From: an uncultured Gammaproteobacteria bacterium
GTDB lineage: Bacteria; Cyanobacteriota; Vampirovibrionia; Gastranaerophilales; Gastranaerophilaceae
DNA length: 64,000 nucleotides
Assembly (NCBI GenBank): GCA_964570895.1
Contig: CAZMZD010000006.1
Coordinates: 11,447-75,446, forward strand
Reading direction: 5' to 3'
Of the stretch, positions 1-7,850 are shown piece by piece. A model generated the notes under the pieces. It was not told where the DNA came from and did not search any database. It worked only from the letters and a program-made list of their open reading frames with translations. Position 1 is the stretch's first letter; the number at the start of each line of letters is the position of its first letter. The position numbers and the translations under genes are program-made.

Positions 1-522
1 ATATAATTTCACAATTTCAGGCGTAATTGTCGGGTAAATTGTTATAAAATCTGCACCTTGTTCGCAAAACATTTCAATGTTTTCAGAAATTTTTGAAAAT
101 ACCATTTTTATATCTGCTTTATTTTCGCCGGACAATTCGCAAATCGCTTCCAAAAAAGGGTTCACGCCGTATGGCATATCAAATTCAGTCGCAAATTTTT
201 CTCTCATTTCGCCATACTCAGAATTTGAAGATACATCAAAAGCAACTTTTGCCCCTGCAATTTTTGAAATTTTAATTTTGTCCGTTTCTTCAAGTTGGTT
301 AAAATTTTCAAAATTATTGTTCACACAAGCGCAAATTTTAGGGCTCAAACCATATCCAAGCCCGATTGGAGAAATGCTTTTCGTTTTGTTTTTCAAAATT
401 ACAATGCGCCCGTCGGCAACTCTTTGCCTTAAAACATTTTGATTAATTCCTTCAAGTTCTGCAATTTTTGCTATTTCCGGTGTAATTATGCCTTGTTGTG
501 CTTCAATAATTTGCGTCGTCAC
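1..522 (-). CDS. thiC: Phosphomethylpyrimidine synthase ThiC, N-terminal part (gene runs off the left edge)
   Basis: Absent from the ORF track because no stop lies inside the window. My translation of the minus strand from GTG at 520-522 gives VTTQIIEAQQGIITPEIAKIAELEGINQNVLRQRVADGRIVILKNK...CEQGADFITIYPTITPEIV. This resembles the conserved ThiC N-terminus (TQ..A..GIIT.E, G.+.I..N, GADF.TIH). Confidence 0.75.
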   Translation of the reverse strand, partial: MTTQIIEAQQGIITPEIAKIAELEGINQNVLRQRVADGRIVILKNKTKSISPIGLGYGLSPKICACVNNNFENFNQLEETDKIKISKIAGAKVAFDVSSNSEYGEMREKFATEFDMPYGVNPFLEAICELSGENKADIKMVFSKISENIEMFCEQGADFITIYPTITPEIVKLY

Positions 523-526
523 GAAT

Positions 527-1147
527 TTACCCCTTAAGTTTTTTTATTTCTGAAATTTGTTTTGCGTTTAATTTTTGCGCGCCACCCAAAACAAGCGCCC
601 CAAAATATGTTTCTGCATATGCCCTTACGGATTCAAGCCCCATAAAACAAGTTCTAAGGTCTGCGCCCGCAACAATTACGCCATGGTTTTTCATAAGAAC
701 AATGTTGTGCCCTTTTTTAAAATATTCAACACAGTTACGGGCAAGCTCAAAACTTGATGGCGTTGCATATTTTGCAATCGGAATTTCACCAAATTGGTAT
801 ACAAATTCAGGCAAAATTGCGTCTTTTATAGGAACACCTGCAACCGCAAAAGCTGTGATGTATGGGCAGTGAGAGTGTATTACCGCTTCCACATCCGCGC
901 GCGCTTCATAAATTGCACTGTGTAAATATTTTTCGCCTGAAGGTTTTTTGCCTTTTGATAATTGGTTGCCTTCAAAATCAATAGTTACAATGTCTGGGTC
1001 AGTTAAATCCCCAAGGCAAGTGCCTGTACCTGATATCAAGATTTTATCTTCACCATCCAAAACGCTGATATTTCCGCTTGTTGCAGGGCTCATACCTCTA
1101 TAATATAATCTTTTCGCCCAATATATTAATTCCTCTTTTTTGTTCAT
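527..1147 (-). CDS. Class II aldolase/adducin-family protein (FucA/AraD/MtnB-like)
   Basis: 206-aa ORF with AVIHSHCPYITAFAV and MKNHGVIVAG segments typical of the class II aldolase fold. Only 4 nt separate it from thiC downstream, which suggests an operon. Confidence 0.75.
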   Translation of the reverse strand: MNKKEELIYWAKRLYYRGMSPATSGNISVLDGEDKILISGTGTCLGDLTDPDIVTIDFEGNQLSKGKKPSGEKYLHSAIYEARADVEAVIHSHCPYITAFAVAGVPIKDAILPEFVYQFGEIPIAKYATPSSFELARNCVEYFKKGHNIVLMKNHGVIVAGADLRTCFMGLESVRAYAETYFGALVLGGAQKLNAKQISEIKKLKG

Positions 1148-1228
1148 AATTCTTCGCCTTGCGCCTTATTTTTTTTATGTTTTAATTAATATAGCACAAA
1201 TTTTCATTTGTGACTTCATACAAAGGGT

Positions 1229-2113
1229 GTGAGCTACATAACTCATCAAAAGAAAAATATCATACTTGCCTCGAATGCCGGATTTTGCTACGGCGTGAAA
1301 CGTGCAGTCGAAACAACAAAAAAGCTAAAAGCAGAAAATCCTGAAAAAGAAATTTGCGTTTTAGGCGAGCTTATACATAATTCTCAAGTCATTAAAGAAC
1401 TTAGCGATTTGGGCATTAAGACTATTGAAAACTTGCCAAGTCATGGCGAAGGTTTTTGCGTGGTTAGAAGCCATGGCGCAAGCTTCGAAGTTTTTGAAGA
1501 AATTAAAAACAAGGGTTATGAGCTTGTTGACCTCACTTGCCCTGACGTGAAAAAAGTTCAAGATAAAGCAATCGGGCTTGTTCGAGAAAACTATTTTCTA
1601 ATCATTCTTGGAAAAGGCGAACACCCTGAAGTTATGGCAATTAGGGCAAATGCCGCAAGACACACAACAGATGATAATGTTTTCGTCGCACAAAGTTTAG
1701 AAGAACTTAAAAAAATTGAAGACATCATAAAGAAAAAACAAAAAATCGGCATTGTTGTTCAAACTACGCAAAGAGCGGAATTTTTGCAAGAAATTGTTGC
1801 CTATCTTGCGCCAATTGCTAAAGAACTTAGAATTGCAAACACAATTTGCCGCTCCACAACTCTTAGGCAAAATGAAGCAAGAGAAATTGCGAAAAAGAGC
1901 GATTTAATGATTGTTGTGGGCTCTAAAAAAAGTGCAAACACAACCCACCTTGCAGAAATTTTGAAAAACATCACAAAAACAATCCATATTGAAAACGCAA
2001 GTGAATTAAAAAATTACGAAAATGAAATTCAGCTTGCGCAAAATATCGGCATTACCGCAGGAGCCTCAACTCCTGATTATATAATTAACGAAGTTATAAA
2101 TAGTGTTAAATAA
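1229..2113 (+). CDS. ispH: 4-hydroxy-3-methylbut-2-enyl diphosphate reductase
   Basis: 294 aa with a GTG start. IspH/LytB hallmarks are present: NAGFCYGVKRAV, LTCPDVKKV, NTICRSTTLRQ (three cluster cysteines), VVGSKKSANTTHL, TAGASTP. Confidence 0.9.
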   Translation: MSYITHQKKNIILASNAGFCYGVKRAVETTKKLKAENPEKEICVLGELIHNSQVIKELSDLGIKTIENLPSHGEGFCVVRSHGASFEVFEEIKNKGYELVDLTCPDVKKVQDKAIGLVRENYFLIILGKGEHPEVMAIRANAARHTTDDNVFVAQSLEELKKIEDIIKKKQKIGIVVQTTQRAEFLQEIVAYLAPIAKELRIANTICRSTTLRQNEAREIAKKSDLMIVVGSKKSANTTHLAEILKNITKTIHIENASELKNYENEIQLAQNIGITAGASTPDYIINEVINSVK

Positions 2114-2125
2114 AGGAGAAAAAAC

Positions 2126-3184
2126 ATGACAAACACAATGACTCAAGAAGAATTTGAAGCTTTGCTCGAAAATTCTTACACTTACAAACTAAACGTTGCA
2201 GACATCGTTAAAGGTGTTGTTGTAAAACGTGAAAAAGATGGCTTCCTTGTTGACATCGGTGCAAAAACAGAAGCTTTCTTGCCAAACTCTGAAGTAGTTA
2301 ATTCAAAAGACCAAAACCCTGATGATTTCATCAAACTTTGGGACGAAAAAGAATTCTACATCACAAAAGACGAAGAAGAAAACGAAGTTATCGAATTATC
2401 ACTTAAAAAACTTGCATTTGCTCAAGCTTGGCAAAAACTTTCTGAAGCAAAAGCTGCAAACGAAAGCGTTATGGCTCTTATCGTTCAATCTGTTAAAGGC
2501 GGCTTAATTGCTGAAGTGTTCGGCCTTCGCGGCTTCATTCCTTCTTCTCAATTAAGAGCAGGTCTTGCAGGCGACACTCAAATTGATTCCGAATTAGAAG
2601 TTAAAATTTTAGAAGCTGACCCAAAAAGAAACAAACTTATCCTTTCTCAAAGACAAGTTTACGCTCAACAAAGAGAAATGGTTGCAGACGAAGTTATTTC
2701 AAAACTTGCTGTTGACCAAACAATTGAAGGCGAAGTTGTTAGAATTGCAGACTTCGGCGCATTTATCGACATTAACGGCGTAGATGGCTTACTTCCAATC
2801 TCTGAAATTTCTTGGGATAGAATTAAACACCCATCTGATGTTGTTTCACTCGGTCAAAAAATCGAAGTTAAAGTTATTAAAATCGATGAACAATTAAAGA
2901 GAATTTCGCTTTCATTAAAGAGAATGGGCGCAAACCCATGGGATGAAATTGCTTCTAAATTCCAAGAAGGCGACATTATTGAAGGCACTGTTAATAAAAT
3001 CACTTCTTTCGGCATCTTCATTAACATCTTCCCAGGAGTTGAAGCATTACTTCCATCAGCAGAAATTTCAGATGAACAAGTGAATGTAAACGAAATGTTC
3101 ACACTTGGTCAAGAAGTGAAAGTTCAAATCAAAAAATTCACTCCTGCTGAACACAGAATTGGTCTTTCAATGAAAGGTATATAA
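2126..3184 (+). CDS. rpsA: 30S ribosomal protein S1 (short, four S1 domains)
   Basis: 352 aa with repeated S1/OB units (G.V..V...G..VD+G..EAFLP, GFIPSSQL, GEVVRIADFGAFIDINGVDGLLPISEIS, GTVNKITSFGIFINI). It sits 12 nt after ispH with RBS aaaggag. The ispH-rpsA pairing is common in low-GC anaerobes. Confidence 0.85.
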   Translation: MTNTMTQEEFEALLENSYTYKLNVADIVKGVVVKREKDGFLVDIGAKTEAFLPNSEVVNSKDQNPDDFIKLWDEKEFYITKDEEENEVIELSLKKLAFAQAWQKLSEAKAANESVMALIVQSVKGGLIAEVFGLRGFIPSSQLRAGLAGDTQIDSELEVKILEADPKRNKLILSQRQVYAQQREMVADEVISKLAVDQTIEGEVVRIADFGAFIDINGVDGLLPISEISWDRIKHPSDVVSLGQKIEVKVIKIDEQLKRISLSLKRMGANPWDEIASKFQEGDIIEGTVNKITSFGIFINIFPGVEALLPSAEISDEQVNVNEMFTLGQEVKVQIKKFTPAEHRIGLSMKGI

Positions 3185-3215
3185 TTCTTTTAAAAGAAAG
3201 ATTGAGATTGCTAAA

Positions 3216-3246
3216 ACACGAGGATTTAATGTCCTCGTGTTTTTGT
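3216..3246 (+). terminator. Intrinsic terminator after rpsA
   Basis: 9-bp stem acacgagga / tcctcgtgt, loop tttaatg, followed by a T-run. Confidence 0.75.
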
Positions 3247-3284
3247 ATTTAAAATTAGTATGACATTTTCAGCAAATAAACATG

Positions 3285-3503
3285 TTAATTTCTTGAAATT
3301 AACAGCTCAAATGTTTGTATTTTGAAAAAGGTGGCGATTTTGTCTAATCTTTCAATTGTTATATTTATTCCTGCATTCTCAAGTTTCGAAATATAAGAAT
3401 TTTCAAATTCTAAGGCTAAAGAAAGTTTTTCTCTAGTAAGCCCAGCTTGTTCTCTAAGTTTTTTTACATTATTAGCGATAATTGATTTAAAACATTGATT
3501 CAT
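3285..3503 (-). CDS. XRE-family helix-turn-helix transcriptional regulator
   Basis: 72 aa. The segment IANNVKKLREQAGLTREKLSLALEFENSYISKLENAGINITIERLDKIA follows the Cro/C1 HTH pattern. Confidence 0.7.
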   Translation of the reverse strand: MNQCFKSIIANNVKKLREQAGLTREKLSLALEFENSYISKLENAGINITIERLDKIATFFKIQTFELLISRN

Positions 3504-3557
3504 ATTCTTATTTTCGCTATTGTTTTGATATTTAACAGGATTGACAGTCCATTAAAT

Positions 3558-3794
3558 ATGAATAACAACTATATAATCGAACAAATAAAATATGCTGAAG
3601 AATTGGCTGGTGACATTAAAAACCAGCTAAAAAATATTCGCAAAAGCCACAAGAAAGGCTACGTTGAGCAAGAATTTATATTACAACTAAACAGCTCTCT
3701 TTATGAACTTTACACAGAAGGAATGACTGTCGTTCGAAATCTGTGCGAAATATATGATGAAAAATTTAATAGCAAGATGGATTTTACCTTGTAG
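3558..3794 (+). CDS. Hypothetical small protein, divergent from the XRE gene
   Basis: Track ORF 3495-3794. I prefer the internal ATG at 3558 (MNNNYIIEQIKY...) because the upstream part overlaps the XRE start. No recognisable domain. The stop codon lies inside a REP-like palindrome. Confidence 0.3.
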   Translation: MNNNYIIEQIKYAEELAGDIKNQLKNIRKSHKKGYVEQEFILQLNSSLYELYTEGMTVVRNLCEIYDEKFNSKMDFTL

Positions 3795-3815
3795 GTCAGG
3801 CACTGCCTGGCCTAC
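3791..3815. repeat. REP-like GTAG-headed palindrome
   Basis: gtaggtcaggcactgcctggcctac: GTAG...CTAC ends around the imperfect palindrome gtcaggca/tgcctgg. Confidence 0.7.
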
Positions 3816-3842
3816 GGACCACAAATTATTCACTAAACATGA

Positions 3843-4147
3843 ATAGAATTTTTTAAATTTTTATCACAAAACGGAAATTGCGGAGAGGTTTTGCGCTCAC
3901 GGCATTGGTTGTACTGCGTAAGGCATATTTTTGTTAAATAGCTATTCGCAAAAGCTCGACTGCGATTTCTGAGATAAAAATTTGAAAAATGGCAGAAGCT
4001 AAACATGAGCCCATGTTTCTTTCTTTTTGTTTCGTTTTTCTTTCTTTGCGTTACGGCGCTTGAGTGTCAAAGAAAGAAAAATGAAAAGACACAAGATAAA
4101 CGCTATGTTGAATTATCTGGCAAGATGCTGAAATAAATTCAGCATGA
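3843..4147 (+). repeat. Copy 1 of a ~305-bp dispersed intergenic repeat
   Basis: Aligns by eye along its full length to 36389-36693 in the same orientation, with roughly nine of ten bases identical. It contains a 14-bp-stem hairpin (tttttctttctttg ... caaagaaagaaaaa) and a terminal hairpin gctgaaataaattcagc. Confidence 0.85.
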
Positions 4148-4181
4148 CGGATTAAAATTATGTTGCCTAGCGCGTAATTTT

Positions 4182-4196
4182 TCAGGCGACGCCTGA
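4182..4196. repeat. Short palindrome of the gtcaggc family
   Basis: tcaggcgacgcctga is a truncated version of the REP-like core. Confidence 0.5.
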
Positions 4197-4234
4197 CAAA
4201 TCAAAACAAATTGTGCGCACTACGATTTTAACTT

Positions 4235-4432
4235 CGCTCGTGGGTACGGTTTCGGCTCTGCGGCAAAGCTCCTCGCTTTCCCGCTTTCGCCTCACACACC
4301 AAAGACTCGCTTGAAAATTTTTGCAAAAAACAAATTTTGCTAAAAATTTTCTTCATTTGTGGGGTACGGTTTCGTGTTCGCCGCTTGCTCATCGCAACCG
4401 TCTTCACACGTCACACACCTTAGACTCGCTCG
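4235..4432. repeat. Two diverged ~75-nt direct units
   Basis: Units at 4235-4311 and 4358-4432 share gggtacggtttcg ... cacacacc(a/t)(a/t)agactcgct. Confidence 0.6.
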
Positions 4433-4459
4433 GTTTTTCTAAGCGCAGTTGCGCTAAAG
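4358..4459 (-). repeat. ~100-bp module, inverted copy of 25184-25283
   Basis: The reverse complement (..ctttagcgcaactgcgcttag..cgagcgagtctaaggtgtgtgacgtgtgaagacggttgcgatgagcaagcggcgaacacgaaaccgtacccc) matches 25184-25283. The central 60 nt are almost base for base identical. Confidence 0.85.
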
Positions 4460-4476
4460 AAAAACCGTCGCTCGTA

Positions 4477-7053
4477 TCAAAAAGCTTTGATGTCTGCGGT
4501 TTCAAAATCTAATTTTTTAATGCCAATTCTTGAAAACTCTACATGGTATTCTGAAGGTGTGCCTTGCGGGGTTTTTACAACATCTTTTATTGTCCCAATT
4601 CCAAATTGGCTATGGAAAACCCTTGTGTTAACAGCAAGCGGAGTTTTTGTGATTGGGCGCGCCGCTGGGCGAGCTTGAGCTTGCTCTTTGCACTTTCTAA
4701 TTAAATCGCTCACTGAAACTGCTGGTTCTTGAGTGGCTTTTGGCTGAGTTGAAGCCGCGCTTGAAGAAACAGTTGCCACATTGTGTTTTTTTACCACTTG
4801 TACGCGAGGTTCAGTGCGCACCACATTTGTTGTCTTATTTTGAGCTTTCACTCTTGCAATACTGCTCAAAAGCGAAGTATTACCGCCGCTTGAGCCGGAG
4901 GGAGCACTAAAAGAAGAGGAAGAAGCTGAATTTCCACCCGCTTTTTTAGGAGTGTTTGAAAAGTTTTTATAGCCTGAATTTTGCCTTGGATATTCTCTTC
5001 TTGTTTCGTAAACATTTCTAATTCCGGAGCGGCTTTGCGCTTGGGTTTGCTCCGTTTCGCTTATTTCTTTATCCAACAATTCTGCAGGAATTTCAGATAT
5101 AAACCTTGAAGGCGGGAACATTTTGACTTCGCCCCAAACATACCTTTGACGAGCGGACACAAGGTATAATTTTTCTTTTGCCCTTGTAATTCCAACATAC
5201 ATAAGCCTTCTTTCTTCTTCAAGCTCGCCTGCGTTTGAAGTGTATGAAATTGCGCGAGAATGCGGGAAAATACCTTCTTCCAGCCCAATTAAAAACACTG
5301 TTTGAAACTCTAGCCCTTTTGCAGAGTGGAGTGTCATCAAAGTCACAGATTTATCGCCTTCGACCATAGAATCAATGTCAGACACAAGGGCAACTTGAGT
5401 GAGGAAAGTGCCGAGCATATTCATTCCTTCTTCAAGCTCAAGGTTAAATTCATCTTGCTCAAATTCGCGCGCAACATTGATAAACTCTTGCAAGTTTTCA
5501 ATTCTGGATTCAGCTTCAATCGAATCTTCGGCCCTTAACTCTCTTAAATAGCCTGAATCTTCCAACGTTTTAACCACAATTTCGCTAAGCGGAGTCGTGT
5601 TTTGAATTAAGCTTAAATTTTGAATTAAGTCTGCAAAACTCCTTAAATTAGCTTTACATGACGCATTAAAATTATCGTATTCTTCAATTTTTTCAATAAC
5701 TTCAAAAAGCGAAATATCTTCATTATCCGCAATTTCTGCAAGTTTTTTAATTGTCGTGTCGCCAATTGCGCGCTTTGGAACATTTATAACCCTTCTTAAG
5801 CTTTGAGAGTCGTTTTTATTGTAAATAAGTTTCAAATAAGCAAGGATGTCTTTAATTTCTTTCCTTTCGTAGAATTTCAACCCGCCAACAACTTTGTATG
5901 GGATTGAGGCATGCATAAGCGCTTCTTCCACCCCTCTTGATTGAGCGTTTGTTCTATATAAAATTGCAACATCTTCAAGATTGTAGTTTTCATTCATCAT
6001 TTTTTTGATGTTTGCTGCAACATATTTTGCTTCATCGATGTCTGAATTTGCTTCGTAAATTGAGATTTTTTCGCCATCGCCTTTAGTTGAATATAAAACT
6101 TTATCAATTCTTTCATTATTGTTTTCAATAACACAGTTTGCAGCGCGCAGAATTGTGCCTGTCGAACGGTAGTTTTGCTCAAGTTTTATGAGTTTTGAAT
6201 TTTCATAATCTCTTTGGAAGCCGAGAATAATTTTGAAATCCGCACCACGCCAAGAATAAATAGATTGGTCAACATCGCCCACCACAAACAAGCTCGTATC
6301 CGGAAGTTTAACTTTATCATCACTAAACAACATACGAATAAGCTTATATTGCGCTTGGTTTGTGTCTTGAAACTCGTCTGCCATGATGTGTTTGAAGCGG
6401 TTTTTATATATATTTCTAACCTCTTCATTAGTTTCGAGCAAATTAACGCAAAGAAGAAGCATGTCGTCAAAATCTATTGCGTTATTTAAAGAAAGCTGTT
6501 TTTCATATTCCAAATACACTTCCGCAATTTGTTTAGACTTATGGTCACGCGCAAATTGAGCGTAAGTGGAAGCGGTTTGCATTTTGTTTTTAGCGTTTGA
6601 AATAATTGTTCTGATTAGCTTTACATCGTATATTTTGTCATCTAAATTAAATTTTTTAACCGCGTTTTTGATGACCGTTTTTGTGTCTGTATCATCATAA
6701 ATTACATAGTTGTTATCCCAATGTCTGCCGTCGCGCGTTTTATATTCAGACAAATGTTTTCTTAAAATTCTTCCGCAAATGCTATGGAAAGTGCCAACCC
6801 ACATGCGCTTAACAGTGCCTTCGCCAAGGTAGGTTGCAAGCCTTTCTTGCATTTCTTTTGAAGCTTTGTTTGTAAATGTTACGGCAAGAATTTCGTTCGG
6901 GCTAACACCGGATTTCACAAGGTGTGCAATTCTTGTGGTCAAAACTTTTGTTTTGCCGCTTCCTGCGCCTGCAAGCGTTAAAATAGCACCGTTCACGGAA
7001 CTAACCGCTTCGCGTTGTTTATCGTTCAAACCTTCCAAATAGTCCTTGTCCAT
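4477..7053 (-). CDS. pcrA: ATP-dependent DNA helicase PcrA/UvrD with extended low-complexity C-terminal linker
   Basis: 858 aa with SF1 motifs AGAGSGKT, TFTNKA, MADEFQDTN, VGDVDQSIYSWRGA, LEQNYRS, TLHSAKGLEF, VGITRAK. After the core comes a ~110-aa S/G/A/T-rich segment. The small C-terminal domain typical of UvrD/PcrA follows (RVFHSQFGIGTIKDV...). Confidence 0.9.
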   Translation of the reverse strand: MDKDYLEGLNDKQREAVSSVNGAILTLAGAGSGKTKVLTTRIAHLVKSGVSPNEILAVTFTNKASKEMQERLATYLGEGTVKRMWVGTFHSICGRILRKHLSEYKTRDGRHWDNNYVIYDDTDTKTVIKNAVKKFNLDDKIYDVKLIRTIISNAKNKMQTASTYAQFARDHKSKQIAEVYLEYEKQLSLNNAIDFDDMLLLCVNLLETNEEVRNIYKNRFKHIMADEFQDTNQAQYKLIRMLFSDDKVKLPDTSLFVVGDVDQSIYSWRGADFKIILGFQRDYENSKLIKLEQNYRSTGTILRAANCVIENNNERIDKVLYSTKGDGEKISIYEANSDIDEAKYVAANIKKMMNENYNLEDVAILYRTNAQSRGVEEALMHASIPYKVVGGLKFYERKEIKDILAYLKLIYNKNDSQSLRRVINVPKRAIGDTTIKKLAEIADNEDISLFEVIEKIEEYDNFNASCKANLRSFADLIQNLSLIQNTTPLSEIVVKTLEDSGYLRELRAEDSIEAESRIENLQEFINVAREFEQDEFNLELEEGMNMLGTFLTQVALVSDIDSMVEGDKSVTLMTLHSAKGLEFQTVFLIGLEEGIFPHSRAISYTSNAGELEEERRLMYVGITRAKEKLYLVSARQRYVWGEVKMFPPSRFISEIPAELLDKEISETEQTQAQSRSGIRNVYETRREYPRQNSGYKNFSNTPKKAGGNSASSSSFSAPSGSSGGNTSLLSSIARVKAQNKTTNVVRTEPRVQVVKKHNVATVSSSAASTQPKATQEPAVSVSDLIRKCKEQAQARPAARPITKTPLAVNTRVFHSQFGIGTIKDVVKTPQGTPSEYHVEFSRIGIKKLDFETADIKAF

Positions 7054-7172
7054 AATTTAATTATTAACCAAATAAAAAACAATGCAATAATATTAAGTTT
7101 AATCTCAAAACTTAGACAAATTTCAAAAAATATGTTATATTAAAGCTTGCAGATTTCATTTAAAGGAAAAAT

Positions 7173-7733
7173 ATGACGGACTCAAGCGATAAAATTTCTA
7201 TTAATGTTCCAATTGATGACGATTTGGACAAAGTCCCTGAAGATGGGGGCGATGAGATTGATGTTTTAGCCCAAGAACTTGCCACAATTAGGCAAAGTGC
7301 AAAAAAAATTGCAATTATCGGCAGTCGTAATTTAACAATTACACACCAACAAATTATTGAAATGCTTTCAACCACTCTTGTTAGAGCCGGAAACACTATT
7401 GTAACATCAGGCGGTTCACAAGGAACAAACGCAGCAGCAATTCGTGGCGCAATGAAAGCAAATCCTGACAAGCTCACAATTATTCTTCCTCAAACTATTG
7501 GTCAACAACCGTCAGACGTGCAAGACCAACTAATTGGTGTTAAAAACATTGTTGAGCACCCTGACCGTTCTATGATGACTCTTGCAGACGCTTCGCGAAT
7601 TTGCAACAGAGAAATTGTTGACGATTGCCAACAACTTATATGCTTCCTGTCGCATGATTCAAACACTTTGCACAAAGCAGTTGAATATGCACAAGAAAGT
7701 CACAAAATTATTACGGTGTTCTATTTAGACTAA
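7173..7733 (+). CDS. DprA-like / SLOG Rossmann-fold protein
   Basis: 186 aa. IAIIGSRNLT...LVRAGNTIVTSGGSQGTNAAAIRGA...LTIILPQ resembles the DprA/Smf Rossmann core (vAIVGSR...G..vvSG.A.G.D.aAH.gAL). No other DprA domains are present. Confidence 0.5.
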   Translation: MTDSSDKISINVPIDDDLDKVPEDGGDEIDVLAQELATIRQSAKKIAIIGSRNLTITHQQIIEMLSTTLVRAGNTIVTSGGSQGTNAAAIRGAMKANPDKLTIILPQTIGQQPSDVQDQLIGVKNIVEHPDRSMMTLADASRICNREIVDDCQQLICFLSHDSNTLHKAVEYAQESHKIITVFYLD

Positions 7734-7850
7734 TTTTAAATCCTTAACCAAGTGCTTTTTCTCACATTTTTGATGAGAAAAAATTGTTTACACTCATTAT
7801 TTAGCAAGTACAATAATAGTGTAAAGACACTTATAGTAGAAGGATTAGAG

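Noticed and set aside
4005-4136. A 43-aa hydrophobic-then-basic peptide (MSPCFFLFVSFFFLCVTALECQRKKNEK...) inside copy 1 of the 305-bp repeat. It looks like a type I toxin.
   Set aside because: In copy 2 the corresponding ATG is AAG, and no alternative in-frame start exists there. The hydrophobic stretch is simply one arm of the T/C-rich 14-bp stem. Conservation fits RNA or DNA structure, not coding.
3791-4476. CRISPR array or tandem array interpretation of the hairpin-rich intergenic regions (also 25140-25960 and 36283-36700).
   Set aside because: The palindromes are not regularly spaced, differ in sequence family and orientation, and are not separated by unique spacers of constant length. 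No cas genes are present.
4321-4512. Track ORFs inside the repeat loci (4321-4512, 25228-25449, 25864-26076, 36338-36553).
   Set aside because: They run through REP-like palindromes and repeat modules and have no RBS. They are not conserved between repeat copies in the same frame.
7752-7850. N-terminal extensions proposed by the ORF track for pgi (7752), metX (35125), rpmG (56175) and the flagellin-like gene (25116).
   Set aside because: Each extension is non-conserved-looking and lacks an RBS. In each case an internal ATG gives the family-typical N-terminus. For the flagellin-like gene the upstream TTG also overlaps the predicted -10 element.
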